This document shows positions 35,517-47,232 of a DNA stretch of 64,000 bases, in pieces. Source of the stretch: Amoebophrya sp. A120 (Eukaryota > Protista > Dinoflagellata); assembly GCA_905178155.1 (NCBI GenBank), contig CAJINV010000003.1, positions 6,167,985 through 6,231,984 of the forward strand, in the 5' to 3' direction. How positions within the stretch are numbered: the first letter of the stretch is position 1; each line of letters opens with the position of its first letter. Under the pieces are notes generated by a model that was not told the DNA's origin, made no database searches, and worked only from the letters and a program-made list of their open reading frames with translations. A program made the translations under genes and the position numbers.

Positions 35517-37419
35517 CTAACTCTCCTGGGTGTTCAGCAGCACGCCGAGCAACACCACGGCAATCCCGACCCAGCGCAGCGGGCTGACCTTTCTGGCGGG
35601 GAACCCCATCAGCCCGAACTGATCGATGAAAACGCCCCCGAGGAGCTGCCCGAACGCGATCAGGATCCACATCGTGGTCTGGCCCAGTTTCGGCCCCAGC
35701 GCCACCACGCAGAACACCACGAATCCGCCAATACAGCCACTGGTGAACATCCAGAATTCTGGCCTTAATCTTCCGGTTGGCTGTTCGAAGAAATAACCAG
35801 GCTCCTCCCGAAACAACGCGTCCCAGGATGCGACGACCCAAAGCAAAATCGACAATACGGACGCGCCCGTGAAGGAAGAGATCGCTCCCGCAAAAGGATT
35901 GTGGGAAAAAAGTTTCTGCGCCGCGGCGTTGATGCTACCCTGCATGGGCAGCGCAATGCCGCCAAGGAAGGACAGAACCATGAACGGCAACTCATCCTCC
36001 ACAAAAGTTGTCCGGTGGTTCGCCGCGCTGCTAGTAGTACTTGAGGCTGTTGTACTAGTACCCGGTCCCCCGCTCGCGGTCTCGTCGGAGCTCTGGCTCT
36101 CAACAACGACTACGATCACACCGGCCGTTGCTACCGCCACGGCACCACATTTGTAGGCATTCAATCTTCGTTTCGCCGCGTTCGCAAAACCGATGTGGTC
36201 GCACACCATGGAACCCAACATCTGCCCCACGAACAGGGTCAGCACCTGGGCCACAAAGCCGATGTGCTCCGCACCGAGGAAGTTTTGCGTCACGATAAAC
36301 GTCCCGTAGGCGCCGCCTGTGAACTTCCAGTAGTGTTCCTTCAAAAAGTCCCATGTGAAAGGACGTGGGGGCGTCAGTTCGTTTGCGCTTGTTTCCTCGT
36401 CCTGTGTAGTTATTTGTGCCCCATCAGGACGAGCGTCTTCCGTAGATGAGGTCTGCTCCACTGTCACAGCGACTTCTTCTGCTGCTCTGCTCCGCGCTGT
36501 TGTGTCCAGTTGCTTGTCGCGCAACGAACCGCAAGCGGAAGTCGGCCAAGGACTGTCGGAAGTCAACGCGTTTGTGTCTTCTTCCCCATATCCGCCCGCC
36601 GCACCGTCTTCTAAGGATTTATGGAGACCGCGAGTATGCTGCGTGCAGTCCTTCGAGGTGGCAAGGTGCGAAAAGCAGGCCTGCTCAACAGCAGGAAACT
36701 GATTGCCACTGACGCTGGTAGAGATGGTCGTGTGGCGCGAACCCACGCTGTCATTCACAGACAAAAAATCCAGATCTACTTCCAGAGCAGCGTGCTCCGC
36801 CACTTGCTTCGTAGCCGCTGGGAGGCTCCGGCGATGTCCTGCACCTTTGTCCTTCTGCGCTGCTATATTATCTGGAACAATCGGGCCACCAGCGGGATTA
36901 TTTGGTGTTGGAATGGTACTTCCCTTGGTCCTCGAGGCAGCACCAGGCTCAGAAACGCTAGGTGGCTTCGCTAGTCTGGGTCCGAACAGTGTGCCCTTGA
37001 CGCCGTCCCTCACAAGAACGCACTCACGAACCAACACGGCAAGAAGCAGCAGAGCCAGAGCTACCGTCATGTTCATCATATTGGCAAATGGTGCACTATC
37101 GTAGGCAGCCGCCAGGTTGGCACCAATGCCCCGGTGGACGGCGAGTAACAGACCGGCGAAAAATGCGACTAGGTAAGACCCGCATGAAGATACCAGCCCC
37201 ATGAAGTACGAGAGACACGAACTTCCGCCCTGGTTCTCTGCGGCAGCGGGCGTTACTTCTCTTTCTTGCCCGCTCTGAACTTTGTTTAAACCGCTCCAGC
37301 TACTGCTCTTGATGTCACCATCGCTAGCCTTTGATGTGCCGTGACGACGCTCCTCGCAACTTCTGGCAACATCGGCCACATCTCCACGAGGCACATCTAC
37401 TACGAGCGCGGCCACCATG
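35517..37419 (-). CDS. DMT-superfamily (YdcZ/DUF606-like) transporter with two domains
   Basis: GQMLGSMVCDHIGF and GQLLGGVFIDQFGLMG repeats, GIALPMQGSIN, multiple TM segments. Confidence 0.85.
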
Positions 37420-38371
37420 CCTGAAAAATCACAGCTAGCGTACAATTGAATAGGTAGAACTAGAACTGATGAAACTGAAAATCTACATCGGAATCAAAGC
37501 ACTCTTGCTGGTGTTGTGTATGTGATTCTTTTTTATTTTTGCTCCTCCTGGATGATTGTTACAGCCTTAACACACATAAAGAATAAGAAGAATGGCCGTG
37601 CAATAGTAAAATCGAAATGCGCGTTCTCGGAGGTGGCAATTTCTAATTGGGGATATAGGTGCCTGGCTTCTGCTTACAAAGGGTCCTGAAAGAAAGTAGG
37701 TGTAGTTCGACTTCTAGCGCGACGCTGAAGATCAACACGATACAGATTCAGCGTATTCATTTGTTCACGAAGGAAATCACAAACCGAAGTTGGCGTCGTG
37801 TCTTGCCACGACTCATCGACCTTCTAAAACGTACCGAAGCCTGTACGACAAATCATCATCGTCATCAGCTTTTATCCTCCACTACGGGGGAAGAGAGAAA
37901 AAAAACCGAATGAGCAGCCTTGCGTGGCACCGAACTAGGTCCTTCACGCGCGACGAATCCTTGTTTGACGTACAAACAATTCACAAGCCAGGTCAATACC
38001 TCTACTTACTTCATCTTTTTGCAGAAATCTATGATCATCTTCTTGTACCTTTGTCTCTTGTATATGAAGAACGAATAGAATCTCGCCGCTAGCTACGATG
38101 ACTTTCGAAATTTACGAAGAAGCAGCGACTGATTTCGAACGGAAATCTTTGGCACTTATCATTCACGAACATCAAAGTCACTAGCGGAAACGTCGCACGC
38201 ATTTCATCGGTGGCTGCATCTGTTGCTCTGACGTTACTTCAGGGATGAAATCATGCTGAAAGCTTGTTGCCATTGCGCATACGTGTCTGCGTTGTTTTCG
38301 TCTGCCCCGCCGGAGAGTTGCATTTCGATTTGAAGAACTACTGGGTGGTCTCAGGATTATTTAGTGGACCA

Positions 38372-39700
38372 CTACTGCTCAACTTCAGCAGTACCAGCTG
38401 CTTTTTCAAACACGGAAAAGTACATTTCCTTGCCAAATCGCCCCAAATTTTGCACCTTGTGTCCCTCTTCGGTGGCCTCGTGAATGAGCTTGACGCAAAC
38501 GTCGTCGTGGCTATCCAGCATCTGCTGGCGGGCCTTCATGCGTGGCATGTCTTCCTCGTCGACCATCTTTTTCTTGCCGTCGCCATGCTTGGCGTTGTCA
38601 CTGGTAACGGCTTTGCTCGAGACGGAGGACGACGAGAACCCAAGATCGTGGTTGGTTTCTGCGGCGCGTCGGTTCGACGAGTCGACTTCCTTAAAGGTTG
38701 GATGCTGTTCCAAACATGCGTACATCCAGTCGTGCAGATCCTTGACGTCGGTAATGGTGTAAATGCGTCCTTTTTCCTTCAAACTGTACGCATACACGCT
38801 CAAAAGCGAATCGTTCACAATCCTGCGCCGGTGCGTTTTCTTCTTGAAGTGCGGGTCAGGGAAGCAAAAGAAGATTTTTTCCAGGGATTGCTTCGGAAAG
38901 TAATTCGGGAAGGACTTCATCGCGTTCGTTCGCAGCACTGCCGCGTTATGGAAGTGGTGCGAGTCCGAGCAGTCCTCGGATACTTTTTTAGCAGCCTGGT
39001 CTACTTGTTTCTCATCCTCATCTTTCGCCCTGGATACTATCACTTCGTGGTCGACAACATTTTCTCCCTCCTCGGCGCAGTTCTCTTCTTTCTTGGTTTC
39101 CGCACTACTACAACTTTCCGCTTTGCGCAGACTGTGCTTTTCGCGAAAGGCCTTGATCCGGAGGCCGACATAGTTGGTGACTTGTTCCCGGATTTCCATT
39201 CCCAGCACCAGTTTCTCCGGAAACTGCTTCGCGAGCGCAATGGTCAGGCCCCCAAATCCACAGCCGACGTCCAGAAGCGAGGGCCGCAGGGTTTCCGTGT
39301 TTTTCGTGGCGGACACGGGTTCCAAGTCGTAGCTCAACGGGTACTCGGCCGTGTTCAGATACAAACTTTGCTGGTCTTGATGTCCTTCTGGTGCGGGGGA
39401 AAGGCTTAGTGTCGTTGCGGGGGCACAATTCTCCTGGTCGATCCGCTCGCTGTCCTTTATCTGGGACGCATTATGTTCCACGTACATCTCCCGGTAGTGC
39501 AAGCTCCAATCCACGTGGTGCGGTGACACTGGGGCGGGAAGCAGAAAGTCACTCAGAGGATTGCAGTGCGCGCGCTGCCGAAAGTCGGCCTTCCGCGGTT
39601 GCACTGCGCGTTCCGCATTCTCGGCGTCCCGGGCCCGTTTCCGCGACTTGGTCTTGTGGTCGCCCACCGGCGCGCCTGCCACGGCTCTTATTTCCTCCAT
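38372..39700 (-). CDS. METTL1: tRNA (guanine-N7)-methyltransferase TRM8
   Basis: FRQRAHCNPLSD, DVGCGFGGL, LGMEIR, RTNAMK, FFCFPDPHFKK, TITDVKDLHDWM, TEEGHKV. Confidence 0.97.
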   Translation of the reverse strand: MEEIRAVAGAPVGDHKTKSRKRARDAENAERAVQPRKADFRQRAHCNPLSDFLLPAPVSPHHVDWSLHYREMYVEHNASQIKDSERIDQENCAPATTLSLSPAPEGHQDQQSLYLNTAEYPLSYDLEPVSATKNTETLRPSLLDVGCGFGGLTIALAKQFPEKLVLGMEIREQVTNYVGLRIKAFREKHSLRKAESCSSAETKKEENCAEEGENVVDHEVIVSRAKDEDEKQVDQAAKKVSEDCSDSHHFHNAAVLRTNAMKSFPNYFPKQSLEKIFFCFPDPHFKKKTHRRRIVNDSLLSVYAYSLKEKGRIYTITDVKDLHDWMYACLEQHPTFKEVDSSNRRAAETNHDLGFSSSSVSSKAVTSDNAKHGDGKKKMVDEEDMPRMKARQQMLDSHDDVCVKLIHEATEEGHKVQNLGRFGKEMYFSVFEKAAGTAEVEQ

Positions 39701-40690
39701 CAGTTCTGATCAAAGTTGCGGCTGCCGGCACTTGTTTGGATTCGCTAGAAAACGAGATGATGTGTATGTAGTGGCAATTATGTTTTCAAGTCAAAACGTG
39801 GATACATATGGTATCTTACTTTCTGTTTCTAGTACCTGGGACATACAAATAAAAGCAAACTATCTTCTCGTTCTCTGCGCAAACACTTTCTGTTCCCAAT
39901 AAACCATCCTGATCTGAAAGAGTAAGGTTGCGTTTGCATACCTTCAACGGGGCTGAGCAGCAATGCAATAACTTCTAATTCTGGTGGGATGGGATCAAAA
40001 AAACACAGCCAGGTCAAAATTACCGTCCTTTATTATTTGCAGATCGATTTCTGTGGGCGTCATGAGACGGGATCTGACAAAAGATTGAAGAACATGCTGG
40101 GTCGTTTTTCGTTCGTGATCTTTCGCTCCATTCACACGATTGTAGAAACACAAATTTTCCATTTCTTCGATCCCGCACTGATCTTTGCAAAAGTTTGAGT
40201 TTCTTCTAATCGATCAAGACAAACAATCCTTCCGGGCAGCCGGGCACTCGGACCTTTACTCTTACGGCCATGTGGAAGCTTCGAATGGTGATGCATGTTG
40301 TCCATTTCGACGTTCCTGCATAAGTACATTCATTCGGCAAGATGCAAAAAAGCTGGATTACTTTTTGCACCAACAATGCAGCACTATTTTCAACCATAGG
40401 CTGCGGCTGGCTGCTCTGAACGATATGTTCATGATGTCGTGCTTCTGCTGGCGCCGTTGCTACAGCATATAAACAAAGGAGTCAGGAACTTCAGCGATTC
40501 CGCTTCTAAAAACTACCACGCAACTTGTGACAAAATCGCCCTCAGCACCGCAATGTTCAAGATCTGAAGCGTCGTCCAGAGGTAAATCAAGAAGATTGTT
40601 GATACACAAACACACAAAAAAATTTTCTACACGGTATGATGTTTGGCAGATGCAAGAAGCTTCTTTTTCTACCCAGCCAGGCCCGGCTCT

Positions 40691-42934
40691 TCAGCCCAAC
40701 CACGTAACAACCCACTCAAGGGCGAACTCGACAATGTTCAACGGAAAGAGGATGAGGGAAAAGGGAAAGCTCAGGGAGAACCCGTGAATCAGCTGGAAGT
40801 AGATGCCGCACGCTGCAATGGCCCACCCGATGTATTCGTCGACCATGGTTTCGTCCAGGTCGATGTTTTCCACGCCCAGTTTCTTGGACAGGAAGTAGAG
40901 CAGGTTTTGCGCGAAGATGTGCCCCCCGGCAATGGCGCTCTGCACCGCGCACACCATTTTCTGCAGCGTCCACGCGAACAGCAGCGCCACCGTCTTCTAT
41001 CAAATGCAAAAATGTCTGGGTCTGGAAGAATGCACGATTTGTCATGCAGCTTTTCCATGACCCATGAGGTCTGGAATGCAGGACCTAGCATGACAGACTC
41101 TGTGCGATCTTTCCCATGCCTATCCTGCATGAGAAACTCCCTCCCGACTTGGTCAAAACTGGACGACTTTTGGTAATCACGCAACACAGATTCTTGCATG
41201 CTTCAGATTTAGCATGACAAGTTGCATTCTTCCAGACCCAGACATTTTTACATTTGATATCTTCGTCAAGTAGTCGATGAAGGCGACGATCCAATCCTCG
41301 GAATCGGGCGGCAGATATCGTGAGAAAAAAGTGTTACAGTTACACACTCTCATGCAAGACAAGCAAGACAGACAACCTCTGTCATGCAGGAAACGCGTGC
41401 CAGCCTCATTCCATTCGTGTGCTCCCTTATGGTCTGCGCATTACAAGTTTTCTTCGCCATGCAGAGCAAATTTGTGATGCTGAAATTCCAACAAATGTGA
41501 AACTGTAACACTTCTTTCCTTGGATAGCAAAGCGGTGGCGAGCAGTGGCGTCAGCACCACGGCACAGGGCTTCCGGGCCTTCTCTGCCATGCTCACCGCC
41601 AGCGCGACCGACTGTGCGAACTGGAACTTCACGGTCATCAGCACGGAGAGAAAACTGGTTTGTACGAATTGCGCAAGTTAATGCAGATGAAAAATATTTA
41701 AGTTCCGCTACAGACTGCCCATAGCGACAGCTGTATGGACGGTTTTCATCTAGGGCAGATACAGACCTCGAGCCTCATCTGCACACACGTGCAAAGACAG
41801 ACACAGACCTTCTCGACTACATCAATGGCATTCATAAGCAAAAAAGAGGAGCGAATGAACCTGACGAATCAACATGAGTTGTGGTCGTTACGCAGTACCC
41901 TTGGTATAGGCCTCCTACCGCACCAGATACTTTGTCTGGATCGATGGAAGAGACAACAAGTTTGATTTTTCGCTGCATCAACTCCCGCTGGCTAATCTGT
42001 AACACGTCCGCAATACCGTCGTTGTCCAGGTCTTCGACGTCGTCTTCCTGATTGCGATCCCGCAACACAGCGTACTCCTCGCAGATGTCCTTCCAGCAGG
42101 CGGAGATCTTGTCGCCCCCGCTCATTTTGAAGGCCTCGATCGCACTGATGGCCACCACGTAAGTCCTGAAGAAATTGTTCAAAAGCATTACGAACCAAAT
42201 CCTGATCCATCTGGTACAGGTACTTACAGCAAAGCACTAGGACGTCCTCCACTAGCAGGGATTAAATACTGCGATTTCGTATCATCTCAACCTCTAAGCA
42301 GGTCATGCGATTGTTCCTTCGACTAAGTACTTTAGAATCGACGACTCAGCAATACCCGCCAAAAAAGCAGAGTGCCAGACCGTATAGGCACATCGCTATT
42401 TCCACCGGCAGTGCGGCGTAGAGTTCGGTGCTTTTGGTCCAGACGAAAACTATTTTCGGGATGATGTAGGCAAAAACTTCCAAAGCCTGGTTCCAGTAAG
42501 GCAAGGCCTGCTCCAGCACGTCGTACACATAACTCGGTGGATGCGCAGCTGCGGCCAATGCAAGTTTCGCTACGCGGGCCTGGAAACAAATGTAAGTAGA
42601 AAAATTTGAGGTATAGTATACGTAAAGAAAGCTACTAGAAGGAGAACCGGTTCTATTTCTGGTGACGTTCCCACCTCCTTGGGTTTTCACTTCTGTTTCC
42701 GCAGAATTACTGCAAACAATCCGACAAACAAAAAGAAACCTTCTCCTCGCGGTCTTTCAACGAAAGCACGTCGCCTTTCGTCGGACTGCTCGACTTTGCA
42801 GGTGATGGGGCCACCGCCAGAAGAGGCGTGACCAGGGGCTTCGTTGCATCTGGACTCTGTGCCAGTGACGGCATTTTTTCTCTTAGCGCTTTTAGGGATG
42901 TTGTGGCCTCGTCGAGCGTGACACAAGCGGACAA
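40691..42934 (-). CDS. Multi-pass membrane hypothetical protein; contains two introner introns plus GT-AG introns
   Basis: Exons ...GLALCFFGGY..., AIEAFKMSG..., KFQFAQSVALAVS...ATAL/PPDSEDWIVAFIDYLTK/TVALLFAWTLQ...LEWVVTWLG*. The 5' end is uncertain. Confidence 0.75.
40998..41259. mobile_element. Introner/MITE family A (262 bp), TSD TCTTC
   Basis: 37-nt TIR TATCAAATG(C/T)AAAAATGTCTGGGTCTGGAAGAATGCA with 1 mismatch. TSD at 40993-40997 and 41260-41264. Confidence 0.96.
41316..41526. mobile_element. Introner/MITE family D (211 bp), TSD GCAGA/GCAAA
   Basis: TIR TATC....GAAA(A/G)AAGTGTTACAGTT. Removal gives in-frame TAL/PPD. Confidence 0.88.
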
Positions 42935-43410
42935 CGACTTCGACTACGACTCCGTGGCCGTTTTACAAGTTAGACAGCAACATGAGCTAGAGTTAAGCCC
43001 CTTGGTGGAAGCCACACGAGTATGAGGCTGCAATCACATGAGATAAAAAGAGACACCCGAATAGATACAACCAAGTCCACGCTCCAGCTCGTACTTACGT
43101 CATCGTAGTTCTTGCTTGCGGACTCCTTTCCTACCCCCGCGGCCTCCTCTCTGATTCATTCAGACCCATCGCACCTGCCCCGTGTCTTTTCATGTTTTGT
43201 ATTTACTGCAGGCCAGAACACACTAATTCGCCGCCCCGAAACGAAAGATAGGCTTCACGCCTCGTGCCTTGCTATCGTCGCTGAAAAACCTGACTGACAT
43301 CGCAGACAGAGATACTATGTGGAAACGGGACTCATTATTTTTTTCCGAGCATCTTCAATACACTTATACACTGAAAGTGAGACTTCGACCGTGCATGTGG
43401 TCCTTCATAC

Positions 43411-46400
43411 TTACATTTTCTGATATCCTTGCAGTAACACTTCACCGCGGAGAAGCAGTTTCTCTTGCTTCCCCACCGGAAAGCCTTCGTGCGGGCAGCT
43501 GTGGGGAAAAACTAGCAGCCTCCCAAATTTCGGCACCACCTCCGCGAGGACCTCGCGGGGCGCGCAAGGCGGCACGACTTTCTGTAGAATGCGGGTCGCA
43601 CCGGGGGTACCTCCGCCTGCGGTCACTAAAGCTTCTGACTCCACGACTGACGCGGCCTCGTCCAGGCTGTTCAAGTACAAGATGAAGGTGTGCGTCGAAG
43701 TAAATTTCTGCACCGACGACCACTGTTGCATCAGTCCCGCCTCTTCAATTTCCATCGGGGACGAAAGGTTCTCGATGCGCACCGACCGCGACAGGTCCGT
43801 GTGGGGCGCTGCCGCTTTCTCCTCTGCATCGTAGTGCAAGAACCGCATCTGGGGGAAGACCTTTGCGCTCTCGATTTCGTCCGCGGGCGCTGACACAGCA
43901 GCTCGTCGTTCTTCGGCGCTCATCAAAATGGCATATTCAAGCGCGCTTCGAACCCGAAGGTGGGTATCTGCAAAGTACTTTCGCTGCGGCTCGGTCGAAG
44001 TGCGCGCACGACACCCGTTCTTACGCTTGTTCGCTTTGCTCTTCGACGTAGTGTTGCTAGTGTCGCCGTCCTGCTCGACGTCAGGGCGTTGTTCGCGCCC
44101 TAATTCCTTATAATTGCCGTCCTCAAGGCCGTGCAGATGCGATCTTATTTCTGCAGGAACGACAGAAGCGCATTTTTGAGCTGCTAGGGCGCGATCATTT
44201 TTTTCCTCGTCTAGTGGCATTTTCACTTCCGCTTTGACGCTTCTACTTTTCTGCATCACCCCATCAACATGATCCGCGTCAGAAAAATACTCTTTTCGCA
44301 AAAATTCCAGAAAGGTATCCGAAAATGCCCCGTCGATGTAGAATGCGGTGTGCGATTCTGCCAGAAACTCTGGCAGGGGCAGCGGGGTCTTTGTTGCACC
44401 CCCTGGAACGTCGCAGCGACGCCTCCAAACGCGGAAGCACCGCGACAAAAAGCACATATCCGCGTTGATCGGACGGTCACCCGGAACTATTTTTCCTGGG
44501 CTGATGTTCCTGCAGAGGAATTGTCTCAACGGATCTTTCAGTCCCGGGAATAACATCTGCATGTTGTCGCAAAATTGCCGACCGCCCTGAGCCCAAGCGA
44601 TGGACTGGGCCGATTGAAGACAGTGCTCGAACTCCGTACAAAGCAGTTCGTCTCCTCTACAACTGAGCTTTCGGTCGATTCCTGTCGTGGCGTTGTCCTC
44701 CTCCGTATGTTGCATACACATCTTCAGTGTGGCGCCATGATGCTGCGCCGTCGCGTCTTGGAGCCGTTCCCACATCCTGCGGTCCTTGCTCCATAACAGC
44801 GCTTGTTTCCTCTTCGCCGGTGGCATCTCAGCGCAGTAGATCCGCCTGACATTAGTACGGGGCATCATCTGCTCCCACCTTCCACTCTGCCACGCAAGCA
44901 ACTCCAGCGCCGACAAGCCGTACTCGTTCACGGGCTGTTGGAGGTCTATTCCCAACTCAAACAGACTCTGGAATCGCAGCAGGTCGTTGCGCTCAAGCGC
45001 CTCGCCCACACGAAGCATCCGCTCCCTTTGCGTGTGCCCCTGGTCTAGCAGCTTTACTTCCCGCAAAGACAGCAGTACCCGGCCGTTATTTTTTGGGCAG
45101 CAGCTGCTGTTAGATTTGTTCGTCCTGCCCGAAGATGATGTTGACCGGTCCACAGGTAGTGTCGCGAAGCGGGCTAACGATTCTTCCACGCTTACCACCG
45201 ATTGATCCGCGAGAGGACTACTACTTGCGACCACACTGGTGCGCTCGACGTCCCGCAGGCACCAGCGATTCTCCGCCAGGATATCCAGTGACTCCCCGCA
45301 TTTCGGACATGTGAACTCCAAAGCGACGGCATTATCCGCATTGCAAAAGGTGTTCCAAAAGCATTGCTCACTGAACAGGCACCTGCAGGTGTATCCACGA
45401 AAGACAAAACGCGGCGCGGGCAGACGAGACGTCGAGGGGAGGTCACTAGTTGTAGCTCCTCCTTTTATTATTTCTTTTTCGGCGGCGGTGGATTTTGTTG
45501 ATCGCGCAGAGGACCCATTCGAAGATAGCTCTTCAACAACGTGATGAGAACTACAAGTGCTGTGAACAACATCCTCCTCATTTGCTGGGTCGCAAGTCTT
45601 CCCATCAACCACTTCTTCGAGCGATGCGAACAGGATGGAAAGAATGTACGCGGCGTAGCCGGGATGCACGTGCTCCCGCACAAACGCGCCAACCGCATCT
45701 GACCAGGAACCGCGGTCGAAGTCCTCGCCAATGTGCTGATTGTTTCGTTGAAGCCGGTAAGAAACGTATTGGGTTCGGTCGATAAAATTAGTTTCTGAAA
45801 CGTTTGTCGCACCATCGCCGTCGAGATGATGACCAGGGAGGTCACCAGTATCGGCCGAACCGCCGGCCTTCAAGAGCAGGTCAAACTCAAAGACGGATTC
45901 GCGCAGTATACAGGGACTCGCCCCCGCACGCAAAAGCGTTCGCACGGCACCGTAACGCTCGCAAGCAAGCGCGTAGCCTAGCAGCGACCAAACGCCCTGC
46001 CCGCGCGTGCACAATCGTTTCCGCAAGCCCCATGCTGGTGCACTCCCGAACCTGTCATTGGCACTCATCGGACCCTGTTGTGTCATAGCATCCCAGATCG
46101 CGAGAGCCGGGTGCTCCTGGTGGTTCTTGTGACCTTTTGCCCCTGCTTCACCGGCTCCCTTTTTTGCAGTATCCTCGTTAGGAGGAAACAACACCTGCTT
46201 GTAGTACACCTCTATGACGTCTTCGAATTCGATCACCTGGTTAGCCAAGTCGAGCTCGCAGAGGTCCGTGAGAACAAAAGCGCCGTCGTCCTTGCGGTGC
46301 AGCTTCAACATGAAGTACTCGATTTCTCGCAGCGTCATCGGCCGCACCATCCTGGTAACGACTGGAGCTGTCGGCGTTTGCCGTGGCACCGGGCCGACGT

Positions 46401-46725
46401 CTGAAGTAGTTCTTGTCCGACGTGTTGAAGAATCATGGTAAGCGTCTCTACTAGCGTCTTCGCCCGATGCCATGGTAGAGGTGCTGTCCTCTTCGGGATC
46501 CCTGTTTTTCATCTCGCAATCCTGAAGAACAGGGTATTTTGATGGCAGCTTGTATGTCTTCTCGTTCCCTATCTTTTTCTTCGCTGCAGGCCTTTCCGGA
46601 TGCGAAGGACCGGCACCTGCCGTTTTTCCGGAGGGCACCGAGGCTGTGGCTGCGTTCCGTATCAACCAGTCGATCCTTTGCCTGGCGGCGCGCCGCCCTG
46701 CCCACTTTCCATGCTTGCCTTCCAT
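43411..46725 (-). CDS. Large protein with ankyrin-like repeats, a Cys-rich (RING-like) segment and a C-terminal 2OG-Fe(II) dioxygenase domain
   Basis: LLGYALACERYGAVRTLLRAGASP; CRC...C...CPKCG; MRFLHY...PHTD...TFILYLN...GRLLVFPHSCPHEG...KLLLRGE (HxD...H triad plus Arg). Confidence 0.8.
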   Translation of the reverse strand: MEGKHGKWAGRRAARQRIDWLIRNAATASVPSGKTAGAGPSHPERPAAKKKIGNEKTYKLPSKYPVLQDCEMKNRDPEEDSTSTMASGEDASRDAYHDSSTRRTRTTSDVGPVPRQTPTAPVVTRMVRPMTLREIEYFMLKLHRKDDGAFVLTDLCELDLANQVIEFEDVIEVYYKQVLFPPNEDTAKKGAGEAGAKGHKNHQEHPALAIWDAMTQQGPMSANDRFGSAPAWGLRKRLCTRGQGVWSLLGYALACERYGAVRTLLRAGASPCILRESVFEFDLLLKAGGSADTGDLPGHHLDGDGATNVSETNFIDRTQYVSYRLQRNNQHIGEDFDRGSWSDAVGAFVREHVHPGYAAYILSILFASLEEVVDGKTCDPANEEDVVHSTCSSHHVVEELSSNGSSARSTKSTAAEKEIIKGGATTSDLPSTSRLPAPRFVFRGYTCRCLFSEQCFWNTFCNADNAVALEFTCPKCGESLDILAENRWCLRDVERTSVVASSSPLADQSVVSVEESLARFATLPVDRSTSSSGRTNKSNSSCCPKNNGRVLLSLREVKLLDQGHTQRERMLRVGEALERNDLLRFQSLFELGIDLQQPVNEYGLSALELLAWQSGRWEQMMPRTNVRRIYCAEMPPAKRKQALLWSKDRRMWERLQDATAQHHGATLKMCMQHTEEDNATTGIDRKLSCRGDELLCTEFEHCLQSAQSIAWAQGGRQFCDNMQMLFPGLKDPLRQFLCRNISPGKIVPGDRPINADMCFLSRCFRVWRRRCDVPGGATKTPLPLPEFLAESHTAFYIDGAFSDTFLEFLRKEYFSDADHVDGVMQKSRSVKAEVKMPLDEEKNDRALAAQKCASVVPAEIRSHLHGLEDGNYKELGREQRPDVEQDGDTSNTTSKSKANKRKNGCRARTSTEPQRKYFADTHLRVRSALEYAILMSAEERRAAVSAPADEIESAKVFPQMRFLHYDAEEKAAAPHTDLSRSVRIENLSSPMEIEEAGLMQQWSSVQKFTSTHTFILYLNSLDEAASVVESEALVTAGGGTPGATRILQKVVPPCAPREVLAEVVPKFGRLLVFPHSCPHEGFPVGKQEKLLLRGEVLLQGYQKM

Positions 46726-47232
46726 TATGTACTTTCTTCGCTGTGCTTTATGCCGCTAGCGACTGTGCCTCACCTCTTTCTTCGACTAGCATCGTCTCGT
46801 TCTTATCAATCTACTGTAAATAAATTCTACGAAGAAAGTATAAGTGAAATATTTCCGCAAAATAAGCTGAAGTAAACACGCAACCACGTCGTTTCTTTCT
46901 GTCTAGGAGTTAGATTAGAGCTTTATGAAGTACCTCCGAGATAACAAGATCACACATTTTTCGTTTTCACGAACCGATTACTCGATCCTCGAATGATCAT
47001 TTCGGAACTTTGTTGCATTTGCGCATATCGGTGGTCGCATCTTTTTTGGCAAACGGAGCCTCAAAATCCGGATCCATCCTGCGTAGCATCGGCTTCCTTA
47101 CTTTTACAATGACGAACAAAGTTGCTTCACCTTCACCAGATAAATGATATAAGTCACAAATTTCTTCTTGTGCCTGTGTTCGAGCACTGGTGCTTCCGGT
47201 ATTTATTCTAGACGAGTGATTATTTTTCGTCG

